A stretch of 64,000 nt of DNA from Alphaproteobacteria bacterium. Lineage in GTDB: Bacteria; Pseudomonadota; Alphaproteobacteria; UBA7985; JAUIBT01. The stretch's first letter is position 1. Each line of letters starts with the position of its first letter. The stretch is from the NCBI GenBank assembly GCA_030428255.1, contig JAUIBT010000018.1:18378-82377 (forward strand), written 5' to 3'. This document shows, in pieces, positions 18,744 through 29,277 of the stretch. The translations under genes and the position numbers were made by a program. The notes beneath the pieces are model-generated. The model was not told where the DNA came from, did no database searches, and worked only from the letters and a program-made list of their open reading frames with translations.

Positions 18744-19907
18744 ATGAGAAATGAAGCTGACATCCACGCTGTGCTGGCCGATCCGATCCGCCGGCGCGTC
18801 CTTGAAGACCTCGCGCGCAATCCTGGCCTAACCGCAAGCGACCTTGGCGAGCCCTTTGAGATCTCCAAACCCGCGTTGAGCCGCCACCTTAAGATACTTG
18901 AGGAGTCCGGGCTTGTTGAGCGCGAGATTGACCGGCAGTTCCGCCGATTTCGCTTGAGCGCCCGGGCTGAGACCCTCGACTGGTTGGCTGATTTGCGCAT
19001 GCAAGCTCTGGCCCCGCTGAGCCACTTGGATCAGCTTGAGGCCGAGTCCATCCACACCATGCGAGAAGTCGTGGCCGAGATGAGCAATCCGGTCATGATG
19101 TACTCAATTGGTAAAGATTCCAGTGTGATGCTGCACCTGGCGCTCAAGGCTTTCTATCCTTCAAAGCTGCCGTTTCCTCTGCTGCACATCGATACAACCT
19201 GGAAATTTCGCGAAATGATCGCATTTCGCGACCAGGTGGCTGAACGCTATGACCTCGATCTGCGCATCTTCACCAGCCCAGACGGTAAGGCCGAGGGCAT
19301 CAACCCCTTCGACCACGGCGCGCACTACACCGACGTGATGAAAACCGCAGCGTTGAAACAGGCGTTGGACCATTATGGCTTTGACGTGGCTTTCGGTGGG
19401 GCGCGACGAGATGAGGAGAAATCGCGCGCCAAGGAACGGGTCTTGTCCTTTCGCTCTAAGGGCCACGTTTGGAATCCCAAGGGGCAACGGCCGGAAATTT
19501 GGAACGTGTTTAACACTCGTGTTAATAAAAACGAAACAATTCGCGCGTTTCCCTTGTCAAATTGGACCGAGCTCGACATCTGGCAGTACATTGTGCGGGA
19601 AAATATCCCGATTGTGCCTTTGTACTTTGCTGCGCGGCGCCCGGTCGTCGAGCGCGATGGCGCGCTGATCATGGTTGATGACGAACGATTGCCCTTGGAG
19701 GCTGGCGAAACGCCTGAACAGCGCTGGGTCCGTTTCCGCACGCTCGGCTGCTATCCGCTGACGGGTGCCATCGAAAGCCAGGCAGATACATTGGAAGGGA
19801 TCGTGCGAGAAATGCAGGTCGCGCGCACTTCTGAGCGCCAAGGCCGCCTGATTGACCAAGATCAGAGCGCCTCCATGGAGAAAAAGAAGTTGGAGGGCTA
19901 TTTCTAA
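18744..19907 (+). CDS. cysD: fusion protein: ArsR/SmtB-family winged HTH + sulfate adenylyltransferase subunit 2 (CysD)
   Basis: Residues ~1-85: [41 protein letters not shown]. Then, in frame with no stop: [63 protein letters not shown]. Confidence 0.92.
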   Translation: MRNEADIHAVLADPIRRRVLEDLARNPGLTASDLGEPFEISKPALSRHLKILEESGLVEREIDRQFRRFRLSARAETLDWLADLRMQALAPLSHLDQLEAESIHTMREVVAEMSNPVMMYSIGKDSSVMLHLALKAFYPSKLPFPLLHIDTTWKFREMIAFRDQVAERYDLDLRIFTSPDGKAEGINPFDHGAHYTDVMKTAALKQALDHYGFDVAFGGARRDEEKSRAKERVLSFRSKGHVWNPKGQRPEIWNVFNTRVNKNETIRAFPLSNWTELDIWQYIVRENIPIVPLYFAARRPVVERDGALIMVDDERLPLEAGETPEQRWVRFRTLGCYPLTGAIESQADTLEGIVREMQVARTSERQGRLIDQDQSASMEKKKLEGYF

Positions 19908-21802
19908 TGAGCCAGAGACAACCCGCTGCAGCGGCCAGCGATGCCCCCTTGTTTGTCGATGCACCAAATGGCCTACTGCGCTTTATCACCTGCGGCTCGG
20001 TCGATGATGGCAAATCGACCCTAATCGGCCGATTGCTCTACGATTCCAAGCTGTTGCTAGACGACCAAGTGTCAGCGCTTGAGCTTGCCTCCAAGCGCTT
20101 CGGGACGACCGGCGAGGGCAATCTGGACTTCGCCTTGCTGGTCGACGGCCTTCAAGCCGAGGTCGAGCAGGGTATCACCATCGACGTGGCCTACCGCTTC
20201 TTCGCCACCGACAAGCGCAAGTTCATCGTCGCTGATACGCCAGGGCACGAGCAATACACCCGCAACATGGTCACGGGTGCCTCGACGGCGGATCTTGCAG
20301 TGTTGCTGGTTGATGCGCGCCAGGGCGTTGTGACCCAGACCCGCCGCCACGCCTATATCGCTGCGCTGCTCGGCGTGCGGACCGTGGTCATGGCGGTCAA
20401 TAAGATGGATCTGGTAGACTATGACGAGGATGTGTTCCGACAGATTCGAGCCGATTTTGCCGGCCTGGCAAGCCTGCTCAACCTGGCCCAGACCCATGCC
20501 ATTCCAGTTTCGGCCTTGAAGGGAGATAACATTTCTTCTCAGGCACCAACCATGCCCTGGTACACGGGGCCAAGTCTGCTGGAGTTCCTTGAAACCGCGC
20601 CGCAAACCCAGTCAGATTTTACCCGTCAGCCATTCCGCTTCCCGGTGCAGTGGGTCAATCGTCCGCATCTGGATTTTCGCGGCTACTCGGGCTGCGTGGC
20701 CTCGGGCCAAATCGCCGTCGGCGATGCCATTCTTGCCTTGCCGTCTGCCAAAAGCTCGACCGTCAAGCGCATTGTCAGCTTTGACGGCGACATGCAGCGC
20801 GCGCGTGCCGGTCAGGCTGTGACGCTGGTGTTGGATGACGAGCTCGACATTTCACGCGGGGATTTGTTGTGCGCGCCCAAGGACCGTGCCGAGGTCTCGG
20901 ATCAGTTCATGGCCACTCTGGTTTGGATGGATGAAAAGCCTTTGCTTCCGGGACGATCCTATTTGATGAAGTTGGCGACCAAGACCTTGCCAACCACAGT
21001 CAGCAGCATCAAGCATGCAATCAACATTAACAGTTTTGAGAAAACGGCGGCGAAGACCTTAACATTGAACGAAATTGCCGAGGTCAACCTAAGCCTAGAG
21101 ACCGAGATCGCTTTCGACGCCTACGAGGAGAACCACCAAACGGGCGGCTTCATTTTGATCGACCGTATGACCAACGCCACCGTCGCTGCGGGCATGTTGA
21201 GCTTTGCCTTGCGGCGTGCGCAGAACCTGCACCGCCAAGCGCTGAATATTTCCAAGCCTCAGCGAGCGGAGCAAAAGGGTCAGAAGCCTCGAGTGCTGTG
21301 GTTCACCGGGCTGTCTGGGTCCGGCAAATCTACCGTTGCCAACTTAGTTGAACAAAAACTGTTCGCCGAAGGTCACCACTGTATGATCTTGGACGGCGAT
21401 AATGTTCGTCACGGCCTAAATCGCGATTTGGGTTTTACCGACGCCGACAGGGTGGAAAACATCCGCCGCATCGCTGAAGTGGCTAAGCTGATGGTCGAGG
21501 CGGGCCTTATCGTTCTTGTCTCCTTCATCTCTCCCTTCCGTTCGGAGCGGCGCATGGCGCGTGATTTGATGGAGGAAGGAGAATTCGTTGAGGTGTTTGT
21601 CGATACGCCGCTGGAGGTCTGCGAGCAGCGCGACGTTAAGGGGCTCTATGCCAAGGCCCGTGCGGGTGAGATCAAGAACTTCACCGGTATCGATTCGCCC
21701 TATGAGGCACCGCAGGACGCTGAGCTGCACTTAAAGTCAGCGGAGGCGTCGGCCGATGCGCTGGCAGACAAGGTTTTGGCCTATTTGGCCGCCCAGACCT
21801 AG
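19907..21802 (+). CDS. cysNC: bifunctional sulfate adenylyltransferase subunit 1 / adenylylsulfate kinase (CysNC/NodQ type)
   Basis: [65 protein letters not shown] overlap with cysD. Confidence 0.95.
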   Translation: MSQRQPAAAASDAPLFVDAPNGLLRFITCGSVDDGKSTLIGRLLYDSKLLLDDQVSALELASKRFGTTGEGNLDFALLVDGLQAEVEQGITIDVAYRFFATDKRKFIVADTPGHEQYTRNMVTGASTADLAVLLVDARQGVVTQTRRHAYIAALLGVRTVVMAVNKMDLVDYDEDVFRQIRADFAGLASLLNLAQTHAIPVSALKGDNISSQAPTMPWYTGPSLLEFLETAPQTQSDFTRQPFRFPVQWVNRPHLDFRGYSGCVASGQIAVGDAILALPSAKSSTVKRIVSFDGDMQRARAGQAVTLVLDDELDISRGDLLCAPKDRAEVSDQFMATLVWMDEKPLLPGRSYLMKLATKTLPTTVSSIKHAININSFEKTAAKTLTLNEIAEVNLSLETEIAFDAYEENHQTGGFILIDRMTNATVAAGMLSFALRRAQNLHRQALNISKPQRAEQKGQKPRVLWFTGLSGSGKSTVANLVEQKLFAEGHHCMILDGDNVRHGLNRDLGFTDADRVENIRRIAEVAKLMVEAGLIVLVSFISPFRSERRMARDLMEEGEFVEVFVDTPLEVCEQRDVKGLYAKARAGEIKNFTGIDSPYEAPQDAELHLKSAEASADALADKVLAYLAAQT

Positions 21803-21838
21803 AACCAGACCCAGACCCAGAACCAGACCTAGAACCAG
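21793..21838. repeat. degenerate hexamer tandem repeat C(C/T)AGA(C/A), ~7.5 copies, spanning the cysNC stop
   Basis: ccagac ctagaa ccagac ccagac ccagaa ccagac ctagaa ccag. Confidence 0.85.
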
Positions 21839-21864
21839 GGCTAACGCGACGCCACTGACTAGTG

Positions 21865-22815
21865 TTAGCTCGGAAGGGGGCGGCCCATGAGGTCGCTCAC
21901 CGTCTCCTCGACGCTACGCTGGCCTGCGACCAGTGTCTCGACGGCTTGTGTGATGGGCAATTCGATTGCGTGGCGCCTGGCCAGGGCCAAGGCGGCTCCG
22001 GCGGTCGCGAGGCCCTCGACCAGGCTGTCAGGCGTCTGCGCGCCCGCACCCAAAGCAAAGCCGAACTGGTAGTTGCGCGACTTTGATGACCCACAGGTCA
22101 GCGCCAGATCACCGACCCCCGCTGGGCTGATCAGCGTGTCTGGTTTGCCACCCACGGCGGCCAACAGGCGGGCGATTTCGGCCATACCGCGCGCCATCAA
22201 AGCAGAGCGGGCGGACTCGCCCAAATTTGCACCATCCAGGACGCCACAAGCCAAGGCGATGACGTTTTTCATCGCTCCGACCAACGCCACACCCGCAACA
22301 TCATCGCTGGCATAGAACCGCAGACGTGATCCTGACAGCGCGCTGGCCAGCGTACGGGCGACCGCAAGCTGAGGGTGCGCGAGGTTTAGCGCCGTTGGCT
22401 TGCCCGCCGACAGATCCGCTGCGAACGAGGGGCCTGATATGAGCCCCAAGGGGAAGGGCCAGGCGAGCTGCGGCAGCAGCAGGCCTTGCTGGCGATCAAT
22501 GCCTTTGGCCAAGCTCAAAACGGGGATGTCTGAACCAAGCGCGGCCAACAACGGTGCTTGGTCGTACAAAAATCCGGCATGGGCTTGCGCGGGTAAGGCC
22601 AACAACAGCACGTGTGCCGCACTCACGACCTGTTGGACGCTTCCGACCTGCCAACCTTTCGCCACTGCTGCATCGTGTCCAGGCCCAGGGCGCGCTGCAA
22701 AGCGCAAGCTCCAACCCTGAGCGCCAAGCGCGTCGGCCATGGCAAGCCCATAGGCGCCAGCGCCAATGATGCCGATGCTGTCCGTCGCGGGATCCAGTGT
22801 TAGGGCAGGGGTCAT
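21865..22815 (-). CDS. gpsA: NAD(P)H-dependent glycerol-3-phosphate dehydrogenase
   Basis: GAGAYG, LAKGI, SGPSFA, GAMKNVIA, GVGDLALTC.S.KSRN, VEG. Confidence 0.92.
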   Translation of the reverse strand: MTPALTLDPATDSIGIIGAGAYGLAMADALGAQGWSLRFAARPGPGHDAAVAKGWQVGSVQQVVSAAHVLLLALPAQAHAGFLYDQAPLLAALGSDIPVLSLAKGIDRQQGLLLPQLAWPFPLGLISGPSFAADLSAGKPTALNLAHPQLAVARTLASALSGSRLRFYASDDVAGVALVGAMKNVIALACGVLDGANLGESARSALMARGMAEIARLLAAVGGKPDTLISPAGVGDLALTCGSSKSRNYQFGFALGAGAQTPDSLVEGLATAGAALALARRHAIELPITQAVETLVAGQRSVEETVSDLMGRPLPS

Positions 22816-22929
22816 GCAGGCACTCCTATCGCGCAGGGCAGGCTATCAAGAGACGGGCGGCGGAGCCCTCTGCCATGACTAGCAGGTCCGAAGGCGCGCC
22901 AGCAAGCCTCAGCCGCAGTCGTCCCGCTG

Positions 22930-24165
22930 CTAGCCTAGCGAGCTGGCCTCCTCAAGCAGCGCGCTGGTAATATGGATTTCTGAATGCAAACTACGGTGGA
23001 CCGGGCATTTATCAGCAATTTCCAGCAGTTTAGCGCGCTGGTCGGTATCCAACGGACCGACCAGACGGATTTTACGACTTATGTGATCAATCTTGCCGCC
23101 TTGGGTCTCGCACTCTGCGCAGTCTTGGGCATGGATCTTGTCGTGGGTCAGCGTGACTTCCGCCCGTTCGAGCGGCCAGCCCTTACGCTCTGCGTACATG
23201 TGCAAGGTCATAGAGGTGCAGGCCCCCAAGCCCGCCAACAGGAAATCATAGGGCGCTGGGCCGGTATTGCCGCCGCCGACACTCAAAGGCTCGTCCGCCA
23301 GAACGACATGGGGGCCCATGGCCACGACCTGCTGAAAGGCGTTCTCTCCCGTCGAGGCAACGACCACACTGCCCTCTGGTGCGCGGATGGTCTGTGGTTC
23401 TGGCAGCGCGAGATGGCGTTGGGCCCAAGGCCAAATGCTGTCGGCGACATAGCGGGCATCGTTTGGGTTGCTCAGCAGGTGGTCGGCTCCGTGCAGGCTC
23501 ACATAGGATTTGGGATGCTTGGCAGACGAAAAGATCCTGCCCGCATCCTCAACGCTCACTTGCTGATCCAGCGGGGCATGCATCACCAACAAAGCGGCCT
23601 TCAGCTTGGCTAAGGCCTCAGGTTGGTTGGCCTCGCGCGCCTCGTCGATAAAGGCCTTGGAGATGGTGAAGGTGCGTTGCGCTAAGCAAACCTCAGCCTG
23701 GCCTTGTGTTTCGATGGCCGCTAGCTGGCTTCCGAAAGATTTCAGGACGTGCGCAGGATCAAACGGTGCCGCAATAGTAGCAACGGCTTTGATTTGCGTG
23801 CTTTTTGCAGCCGCAGCCAAGACGGCGGCGCCCCCTAAAGAGTGGCCGATCAGCAAGCTGGGCGACCGCCCGCAGGCGTTCATGGCTTCGATAGCTTGCA
23901 AAAGATCGCCAACATTGCTGGCGTAGGTCTCCTGCCCAAAATCACCTTCGGATTGCCCCAAGCCGGTAAAGTCAAAGCGCAACACGGCCAGGCCGTGTTC
24001 GGCCAGGCGGCGCGCAATCACCGTTGCGGCCTTGATATCTTTGCCACAGGTAAAGCAGTGCGCGAAGACAGCATAGGCAAGCGGCGCGCCAGTGCTCGGT
24101 AGCTCAAGACGCGCCGACAGCTCTGCCCCACTGCCCCCCTTGAATGTAAAGCGTTCGCTTGCCAT
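22930..24165 (-). CDS. alpha/beta hydrolase-OsmC fusion protein
   Basis: AHCFTCGK, RFDFTGLG, GHSLGG, GADHLL; C-terminal ADEP..GG...GPAPY...LGACT...IADKCPVHR. Confidence 0.9.
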   Translation of the reverse strand: MASERFTFKGGSGAELSARLELPSTGAPLAYAVFAHCFTCGKDIKAATVIARRLAEHGLAVLRFDFTGLGQSEGDFGQETYASNVGDLLQAIEAMNACGRSPSLLIGHSLGGAAVLAAAAKSTQIKAVATIAAPFDPAHVLKSFGSQLAAIETQGQAEVCLAQRTFTISKAFIDEAREANQPEALAKLKAALLVMHAPLDQQVSVEDAGRIFSSAKHPKSYVSLHGADHLLSNPNDARYVADSIWPWAQRHLALPEPQTIRAPEGSVVVASTGENAFQQVVAMGPHVVLADEPLSVGGGNTGPAPYDFLLAGLGACTSMTLHMYAERKGWPLERAEVTLTHDKIHAQDCAECETQGGKIDHISRKIRLVGPLDTDQRAKLLEIADKCPVHRSLHSEIHITSALLEEASSLG

Positions 24166-24213
24166 GGTGCACTCCTTGCTAACGGTCGGGATCTCGGGCT
24201 TGTCCTTGGCAAA

Positions 24214-24957
24214 CTAAGCGCCAGGCGCCTCGCTCACAACACTGCTCGCGGGGAAATGATCCATCAACCGCAAACGAGATTCTGGGATGGGGCGGTTGTT
24301 GGCGTGGAACAGGTGCTTTTCAATGAAATGTCCCGTAAGCTGTAGCCCCAGGCGCGCTTGGTCCGGACCCAAGCCACCGCCACGCAAGAATTCAGGCAAG
24401 CTCAACAATCGTTCTTTATAAGGCTCGCCTGCTTCAGCGCTGACCGCACGCCCCGAGCGCGGCGAAACGTAAATCAAATCGTCGGTCTGACCGGTTGCCG
24501 CGCAGCAGGACAGGTCCAATCCGAACCCCAGGGCCTGCAACAAGCCGAGCTCAAAGCTGACCAGACCTTCGGCCCAGTGTGGGCCCGGCAGCATATCGAG
24601 CCAAGCGACACCAGCGTGGTAGATTGCAGGCAGCGGATCGCGTTCGGCCAACACCTGTTGCATCAAGCCGCAAAAGGCTTGCAGCGCAGTCAAGCGTGCA
24701 GCGTTGCCCATCACCAAGGCGGCGCGCGGCTGTGCCAACTCGACATCAAACCGCCCCAAGTTTTCGCTCAGGCGCGCGGACCAGCGCAGCTCGACTTGGT
24801 TGCCAACCTGCAAGACCGGCACCAGCCGTTTGGACTGACCGCCGCGAACCAGCCCAGCAAAGCGACCGTGCTCCGCGGTCATGCACGTCAAGATTGCGCT
24901 GGTCTCGCCATGGGCGCGCACCGACAGAATAAATCCCTCATCTTGCCACGTTTCCAT
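24214..24957 (-). CDS. recO: DNA repair protein RecO
   Basis: W.DEG.IL..R.HGE, G+VRGG, ELGLLQALGFGLDL..CAATG...L.YVSPRSGRAVS, LTGHF. Confidence 0.93.
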   Translation of the reverse strand: METWQDEGFILSVRAHGETSAILTCMTAEHGRFAGLVRGGQSKRLVPVLQVGNQVELRWSARLSENLGRFDVELAQPRAALVMGNAARLTALQAFCGLMQQVLAERDPLPAIYHAGVAWLDMLPGPHWAEGLVSFELGLLQALGFGLDLSCCAATGQTDDLIYVSPRSGRAVSAEAGEPYKERLLSLPEFLRGGGLGPDQARLGLQLTGHFIEKHLFHANNRPIPESRLRLMDHFPASSVVSEAPGA

Positions 24958-25084
24958 CCCGGGCTCCTCGACCTTTGGCGCATTCCAGCCGCATAGCCTC
25001 GCTAGTTTATAGGTCGGGCGCGAACCTGCCTAGCGCTGTTTGGGCGTGGGTCCTGTCCTTTGCAAAGAAATTGAGGAGGGCCGC

Positions 25085-25399
25085 GTGCTCGCAAGCAGGA
25101 AACGCCTTTGGGCAAACATACAGGTTGGCGCTTTAGCCGCCATCATGACCCTTGTCCTGATCTATTTCAGCTACCACACCGTCGAGGGTGATCGCGGCTG
25201 GCTGGTCATGTTTCAGCAGCAATCAGTTCTAGAAGCAAAATTGTCTGAGATTGCAGCGCTGGAGGCAAAGGTCGGCGCGTTGCGCAGCAAGGTTTCGGGC
25301 CTCTCAGATCGCTCGCTGGACTTGGATCTGTTGGAAGAGCAAGTCCGTAAGGTTCTGCATTACTCGCATCCTCACGAGGTTATTGTCCTGCAGCGTTAG
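25085..25399 (+). CDS. ftsB: septum formation initiator FtsB/DivIC
   Basis: Single TM helix, G.RG motif, coiled coil, DLDLLEEQVR..L. GAGGAGG before GTG 25085. Confidence 0.85.
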   Translation: MLASRKRLWANIQVGALAAIMTLVLIYFSYHTVEGDRGWLVMFQQQSVLEAKLSEIAALEAKVGALRSKVSGLSDRSLDLDLLEEQVRKVLHYSHPHEVIVLQR

Positions 25400-25417
25400 C
25401 GAATTAACATTAATCGA

Positions 25418-25433
25418 GTTAATATACTATTAA
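25418..25433 (-). promoter_or_regulatory. CtrA-consensus full site (TTAA-N7-TTAAC on the minus strand) upstream of pdhA
   Basis: Plus strand GTTAA-tatacta-TTAA; extra TTAA half-sites at 25404 and 25410. Confidence 0.5.
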
Positions 25434-25461
25434 TTAGGTAGTATCAATAGATTAGAAAATA

Positions 25462-25490
25462 TTGACAAAACTAAGGCATGGCGTCAATCT
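25462..25490 (+). promoter_or_regulatory. sigma70-like promoter for pdhA
   Basis: TTGACA-17 bp-CAATCT. Confidence 0.55.
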
Positions 25491-25520
25491 TGAGCAACGA
25501 GTCACGCTTGAGGAAACACC

Positions 25521-26528
25521 ATGGCCACCCGCGCGAAAAAGACCAGCCTTGCTGCGGCTGATCCCAAAAATTTTTCCCCCGACCAGACCCTAGAGTACTA
25601 CCGCGAGATGATGCTGATCCGCCGCTTTGAAGAAAAAGCGGGTCAGCTCTACGGTATGGGTTTGATTGGCGGTTTTTGTCACCTCTACATCGGTCAGGAA
25701 GCCGTCGTCACCGGCGTCCAGTCGGCCATGATTGACGGCGACAGCGTCATCACCTCCTACCGCGATCACGGCCACATGTTGGCTTGCGGCATGGACGCCA
25801 AAGGCGTGATGGCCGAGCTGACAGGCCGCGAAGGTGGTTTATCAAAAGGCAAGGGTGGCTCGATGCACATGTTCAGCGTCGAGAAGGGCTTTTTTGGCGG
25901 CCACGGTATCGTGGGCGCGCAAGTGCCGCTGGGCGCGGGCATCGCTTTTGCGCACAAGTACAACGAGACCGGCAAGATCTCGGCCACCTATTTGGGCGAC
26001 GGAGCGGTCAACCAGGGCCAGGTTTACGAGACCTTCAACATGGCCGCGCTGTGGAAACTGCCGGCGCTGATCGTGATTGAGAACAATCAATACGGCATGG
26101 GTACCGCTGTTGGCCGCGCCTCGGCGTCAACCGAACTGTTCAAGCGCGGGCAAGCCTATGGCATCCCCGGCGAGCAAGTTGACGGTATGGATGTGTTCCA
26201 GGTCTACGCTGCCGCCCAAAATGCCATCGATTACATCCGATCTGGCAAAGGCCCGATGATCTTGGAGATGAAAACCTATCGCTATCGCGGTCACTCCATG
26301 TCCGACCCTGCCAAGTACCGCAGCAAGGAAGAAGTCCAAAAGATGCGTAACGAGCAGGACCCGATCGAGCGACTGAAGCACTACATCTTGGAAACGGGAC
26401 ACGCCGAGGAAGCCGACCTGAAGGCCATCGACAAAGAGATCAAAGCCATCGTGACCGAAGCCGCCGATTTCGCCCAAACCAGCCCCGAGCCTCAGCCGTC
26501 TGAGCTTTACACCGACGTCTACGTTTAA
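25521..26528 (+). CDS. pdhA: pyruvate dehydrogenase E1 alpha
   Basis: IGGFCHLYIGQEA, GKGGSMH, GDGAVNQGQ..NN, TYRYRGHSMSDP. Confidence 0.97.
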   Translation: MATRAKKTSLAAADPKNFSPDQTLEYYREMMLIRRFEEKAGQLYGMGLIGGFCHLYIGQEAVVTGVQSAMIDGDSVITSYRDHGHMLACGMDAKGVMAELTGREGGLSKGKGGSMHMFSVEKGFFGGHGIVGAQVPLGAGIAFAHKYNETGKISATYLGDGAVNQGQVYETFNMAALWKLPALIVIENNQYGMGTAVGRASASTELFKRGQAYGIPGEQVDGMDVFQVYAAAQNAIDYIRSGKGPMILEMKTYRYRGHSMSDPAKYRSKEEVQKMRNEQDPIERLKHYILETGHAEEADLKAIDKEIKAIVTEAADFAQTSPEPQPSELYTDVYV

Positions 26529-26540
26529 GGAGCAGCCTCC

Positions 26541-27914
26541 ATGTCAATTGATATTCTCATGCCCGCTCTGTCTCCGACCATGACCGAGGGCACCTTGGCG
26601 AAGTGGTTGGTCAAAGAGGGCGATACTCTGAGCGCCGGTGACGTGATTGCCGAGATCGAAACCGACAAAGCCACCATGGAAGTTGAAGCTGTGGACGAGG
26701 GCGTGGTCGCCAAAATCCTGGTTCCGGAAGGCAGTGAGGGCGTGGCAGTAAACGCCGTCATCGCGATTTTGGCCGAGGAGGGCGAAGACGCCGCGAACCT
26801 CAGCACCGGGGCGCCCGCCGCTTATGCTGCTCCTGCACCAGAACAAACGCCAGAACCTGCAGTCACTGTTGCACCCGTCGCTTCCGAGCCCCTAGTTACA
26901 GCACCTGTTGCTGACGTGGAGTGGACCGGCCCGACCAAAACCATTAGCGTGCGCGAAGCGCTGCGCGATGCGATGGCCGAAGAGATGCGCAGCAATGATC
27001 AGGTCTTTTTGATGGGCGAAGAAGTGGCCGAGTACAACGGCGCTTACAAGGTCTCACAAGGCCTGCTGGACGAATTCGGTGCCAAGCGCGTCATCGACAC
27101 GCCCATTACCGAGCAAGGCTTTACCGGCATTGCGGTTGGCGCGGCCTTCATGGGCATGCGTCCTATCGTTGAGTTCATGACCTTTAACTTTGCTATGCAG
27201 GCCATCGACCAGATTTTGAACTCAGCGGCCAAGACGCTTTATATGTCTGGTGGTCAGATCAAGTCGCCTGTGGTGTTTCGGGGCGCTAATGGTGCGGCTT
27301 CTCGCGTCGCTGCCCAGCACTCGCAGTGTTACGGTGCTTGGTATTCGCATGTGCCTGGCTTGCATGTGGTCTCGCCCTATTCAGCGGCGGACGCCAAAGG
27401 TTTGCTGAAAAGTGCCATTCGCTCCGAAACGCCCGTGGTCTTCTTGGAAAACGAGCTGCTGTACGGCGATACGGGTGAGGTGCCAGACACCGACGACTGG
27501 ACCGTGCCAATTGGCAAGGCCAAAATTGTACGCCAGGGCAGTGATGTTACCATCACCGCATTCTCAATCATGGTAAAGAAGGCGCTGGCCGCCGCTGACA
27601 CCTTGGCCGAGCAGGGCATTTCCGCCGAGGTCATCGACCTGCGCAGCCTGCGCCCGCTGGACACAGAGACCATTTTGGCCTCTGTACGTAAGACCAACCG
27701 CATTGTGACTTGTGAAGAGGGCTGGGGTCAGTCTGGCATTGGCGCTGAAATCTCCGCGCGCATCATGGAGCAGGCCTTCGATTACCTGGATGCCCCGGTT
27801 ACGCGGGTCTTCGGCAAGGATGTGCCCATGCCCTATGCGGCCAATTTGGAAGTGCTGGCGCTGCCGCAACCTGAAGACATTGTCGAGGCGGCCAAAGCCG
27901 TCTGCTATCGCTAA
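26541..27914 (+). CDS. pdhB: pyruvate dehydrogenase E1 beta with N-terminal lipoyl domain
   Basis: ETDKATME lipoyl motif, [30 protein letters not shown]. Confidence 0.97.
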   Translation: MSIDILMPALSPTMTEGTLAKWLVKEGDTLSAGDVIAEIETDKATMEVEAVDEGVVAKILVPEGSEGVAVNAVIAILAEEGEDAANLSTGAPAAYAAPAPEQTPEPAVTVAPVASEPLVTAPVADVEWTGPTKTISVREALRDAMAEEMRSNDQVFLMGEEVAEYNGAYKVSQGLLDEFGAKRVIDTPITEQGFTGIAVGAAFMGMRPIVEFMTFNFAMQAIDQILNSAAKTLYMSGGQIKSPVVFRGANGAASRVAAQHSQCYGAWYSHVPGLHVVSPYSAADAKGLLKSAIRSETPVVFLENELLYGDTGEVPDTDDWTVPIGKAKIVRQGSDVTITAFSIMVKKALAAADTLAEQGISAEVIDLRSLRPLDTETILASVRKTNRIVTCEEGWGQSGIGAEISARIMEQAFDYLDAPVTRVFGKDVPMPYAANLEVLALPQPEDIVEAAKAVCYR

Positions 27915-27929
27915 GAAGGAGACGCGGAT

Positions 27930-29252
27930 ATGCCGATTGATATCTTGATGCCCGCCCTGTCGCCGACCATGACCGAGGGTAAGCTCGCGGCTTGGTTGGT
28001 TAATGAGGGCGACAGCGTTGCTTCGGGCGATGTGATCGCCGAAATCGAGACCGACAAGGCGACGATGGAAGTTGAAGCGGTTGATGAGGGCGTGATCGGC
28101 AAGATCATGGTGCCCGCAGGAACCGAAGGCGTCGCGGTGAACTCTGTAATTGCGCGCCTGTTGGAAGAGGGCGAAGAGGCCTCAGCCTTGGATGCTCCTG
28201 CGCCCGCGGCAAGCCCTGCGCCTGCGGCAAGCCCCGCTCCAACAGCGGCGGCTCCCGCACCAGCGCCCAGCTCTGCGCCGAGTGCCACACCCGCGCCCGC
28301 AGCAGACAAAGGCGCACGCATCTTTGCTTCGCCCTTGGCCCGCCGCATCGCTGGTGACAAAGGCCTGGATCTGTCCGCTGTCACCGGCAGCGGCCCGCAC
28401 GGCCGGATTGTCAAGGCCGACGTCGTCAACCTCGAGGCCAGCGCGCAAGCTGCCCAACCCGCCGCCGCCGCTCCCACACAGGCAGCAGCGCCGCAGGCGG
28501 CCAGCCAAGCCGCAGCCAGCCTGCCAGGCATCATGGACCCGCGCCCCATCGCCGATGCTTTCGGCCTGGACTACGACTACGAGCCCGCCAGCGCCATGCG
28601 CAAGGTCATTGCTCAGCGCTTGACCGAGTCCAAGCAGAGCGTGCCGCACTTCTACCTCACGCTTGAGTGCAACATTGATCCGCTGTTGGGCCTGCGCAAG
28701 CAGATCAACCAAGACAGCGACGGCAGCTATAAACTGTCGGTCAATGACTTCGTTATCAAGGCAGCGGCACTGGCGCTGAAACAGGTTCCCGCAGCCAACG
28801 CCTCTTGGACTGGTGACGGCATCATTCGCTATAAGTCGGCCCATATCTCGGTAGCTGTCGCGATTGACGGCGGCTTGATTACCCCGGTGGTGCGCGAAGC
28901 GGAAAAGCTGTCCTTGGGCAACATCTCCAGCACTGTTAAGGATTTAGCCGGACGCGCCAAGGCGGGCAAGTTGACCCCGGCTGAGTTCCAGGGCGGCACC
29001 TTCTCAATCTCCAACCTGGGCATGTTTAGCATCCAGCAGTTCCAAGCCGTGATCAATCCGCCCGAAGGTGCGATTTTGGCGGTCGGTGCAGGCGAGCAAA
29101 AGCCTGTGGTGGTTGATGGCGAAGTCACAGTCCAGACCCGCATGACCGTGACACTGTCTTGTGATCACCGTGTGGTCGATGGCGCGGTCGGGGCCGAGTT
29201 TTTGGCAGCCTTCAAAACTATCATCGAAGCGCCCACGCGCTTGTTGGTGTAA
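27930..29252 (+). CDS. pdhC: pyruvate dehydrogenase E2 dihydrolipoamide acetyltransferase
   Basis: [15 protein letters not shown] (E3-binding), [25 protein letters not shown]. Confidence 0.97.
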   Translation: MPIDILMPALSPTMTEGKLAAWLVNEGDSVASGDVIAEIETDKATMEVEAVDEGVIGKIMVPAGTEGVAVNSVIARLLEEGEEASALDAPAPAASPAPAASPAPTAAAPAPAPSSAPSATPAPAADKGARIFASPLARRIAGDKGLDLSAVTGSGPHGRIVKADVVNLEASAQAAQPAAAAPTQAAAPQAASQAAASLPGIMDPRPIADAFGLDYDYEPASAMRKVIAQRLTESKQSVPHFYLTLECNIDPLLGLRKQINQDSDGSYKLSVNDFVIKAAALALKQVPAANASWTGDGIIRYKSAHISVAVAIDGGLITPVVREAEKLSLGNISSTVKDLAGRAKAGKLTPAEFQGGTFSISNLGMFSIQQFQAVINPPEGAILAVGAGEQKPVVVDGEVTVQTRMTVTLSCDHRVVDGAVGAEFLAAFKTIIEAPTRLLV

Positions 29253-29277
29253 CCCGGTCACAGGATAGGCAAAAGCG

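Noticed and set aside
21800-21843. Stop-codon readthrough of cysNC into a Gln-Thr/Gln-Asn tail
   Set aside because: A second in-frame TAG and then TAA follow within 14 codons; simple repeat expansion explains it, and no recoding signal is seen.
22930-24165. Hydrolase-OsmC fusion as novel
   Set aside because: A well-known, widespread two-domain architecture.
26541-26800. Lipoyl domain on the E1 beta subunit as a novel fusion
   Set aside because: This architecture is standard for alphaproteobacterial PdhB.
28200-28235. 18-bp tandem repeat in pdhC
   Set aside because: Encodes APAASP x2 in the ordinary Ala/Pro-rich E2 linker.
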